From Azolla caroliniana (lineage: Eukaryota; Plantae; Polypodiophyta): a stretch of 64,000 nucleotides of DNA. Under the pieces are notes generated by a model. That model was not told the origin of the DNA. It saw nothing but the letters and a program-made list of their open reading frames with translations, and ran no database searches. This document shows, piece by piece, positions 63,020 through 64,000 of the stretch. The first letter of the stretch is position 1. Each line of letters starts with the position of its first letter. The DNA is taken from assembly GCA_043228905.1 (NCBI GenBank), contig JBHGNT010000012.1:20026001-20090000 (forward strand), read 5' to 3'. The position numbers were made by a program, and so were the translations under genes.

Positions 63020-64000
63020 ACACGTGGCCAGCATTTCACTATAGTAGTATTTTATCGATCAATTGGTCCGATTTGTTTGCACACACATTCAAGGGTGCGT
63101 ATCGCGTGTAACATTCATTCACACACACACACACACATATGAGAGTGTCTCTACTAGAGAACTTGCTTTTTGGCTAATGAAACAAGAAACCCAAAAGAAA
63201 GAAAAAGAAAAAATAAAATAAAATAAAATAAAGAAAAAGTGGGGGAGGGGGAGGGGGAAAAAACAAAGAAGTGTGACGACAATGCTGACATCACTCTCTG
63301 ACAGATAATACAGAAATAATAATAATAATAAATAATCAATTTCAATATTTTCTTTTTCTTTTCTCAAAAACAAAAACACAAAAAGCAATAAATGGTAATA
63401 AAATTGCCGGTGCTGACGTGGCGGGCGACCGCGCCGCCGCCAGCATTTAATCGAGGCTGACGTGGCGCCGCCCGGTGACGTCAGCGGGGCCACGGCACGT
63501 GCCCCCATTCAAAAAGAAAATAATAATAACAAATAAATTTAGTTTCGTATTTATTTTCGTTTCCTTTTTTCTTATCGTTCTTCCTCTCTGTCTCTCTCAT
63601 TTATTTTTTTGTTTTATTTTTCCGCCTTCTTATTTTTTATTGGACGGTTTTGGGTGCGACTCGAACCACCGACCTTCCTCTCTCTCCTCTTCGTTCATAA
63701 CAATGTTTTTTTTTTCACTTTTTTTTGTTTTTTTTTTTTTTTGCTTTAAATTTTAATAAGACCATATATTCCCATGGTTTTGTTTCGGGGATCAGGACTC
63801 ATGTGTCCATTTTTACATGACCCACAAAAGTGTTCATGTTTTCCGACAATTGCTCTTATATAACACTCGGACAATTCATATTGACCGACACATTAGCCGT
63901 CCTTTGATCTTATATGGCTCCCGTGTCCTAATATAACCTTTGTAAAAAGCATTGATGTCAGAAGTTTTATGTTTGACTCTTAAGCACCCACGAAGGGTAC

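Noticed and set aside
63038-63050. CACTA-type terminus (CACTATAG) after the gap
   Set aside because: No partner TIR or subterminal repeats in the window.

Overview
This is eukaryotic land-plant nuclear DNA, probably a fern or other seed-free plant (inference from the Tcn1-like chromovirus and the gene style). The left two-thirds is gene-rich. It holds the first exon of a TFIIIC-90/GTF3C4-like WD40 gene (-), an 11-exon CDPK-related kinase (CRK, +), an intronless VQ-motif gene (+) and a multi-exon ATRX/CHR20 remodeller (-), interspersed with short tandem repeats, microsatellites and nested Copia fragments. The right third is a nested TE pile: a decayed Copia carrying a hAT-type MITE, interrupted by an Athila/Tat-like Gypsy with a long extra ORF, itself interrupted by two young Tcn1-like chromoviruses and scrambled LTR pieces, then a 100-N gap. 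The most notable unexplained signals are: (1) the chromovirus LTR starts with an antisense tRNA-register A-box/B-box (Pol III/TFIIIC-like) module, followed by a ~10-unit in-phase heat-shock element and a TATA box; (2) a lone perfect B-box lies just upstream of the TFIIIC subunit gene, suggesting autoregulation; (3) a conserved G_UUA_AAC + pseudoknot -1 frameshift signal sits between gag and pol; (4) LTR ends are joined while apparently retaining unprocessed terminal dinucleotides. All calls were made by eye, with no database searches.
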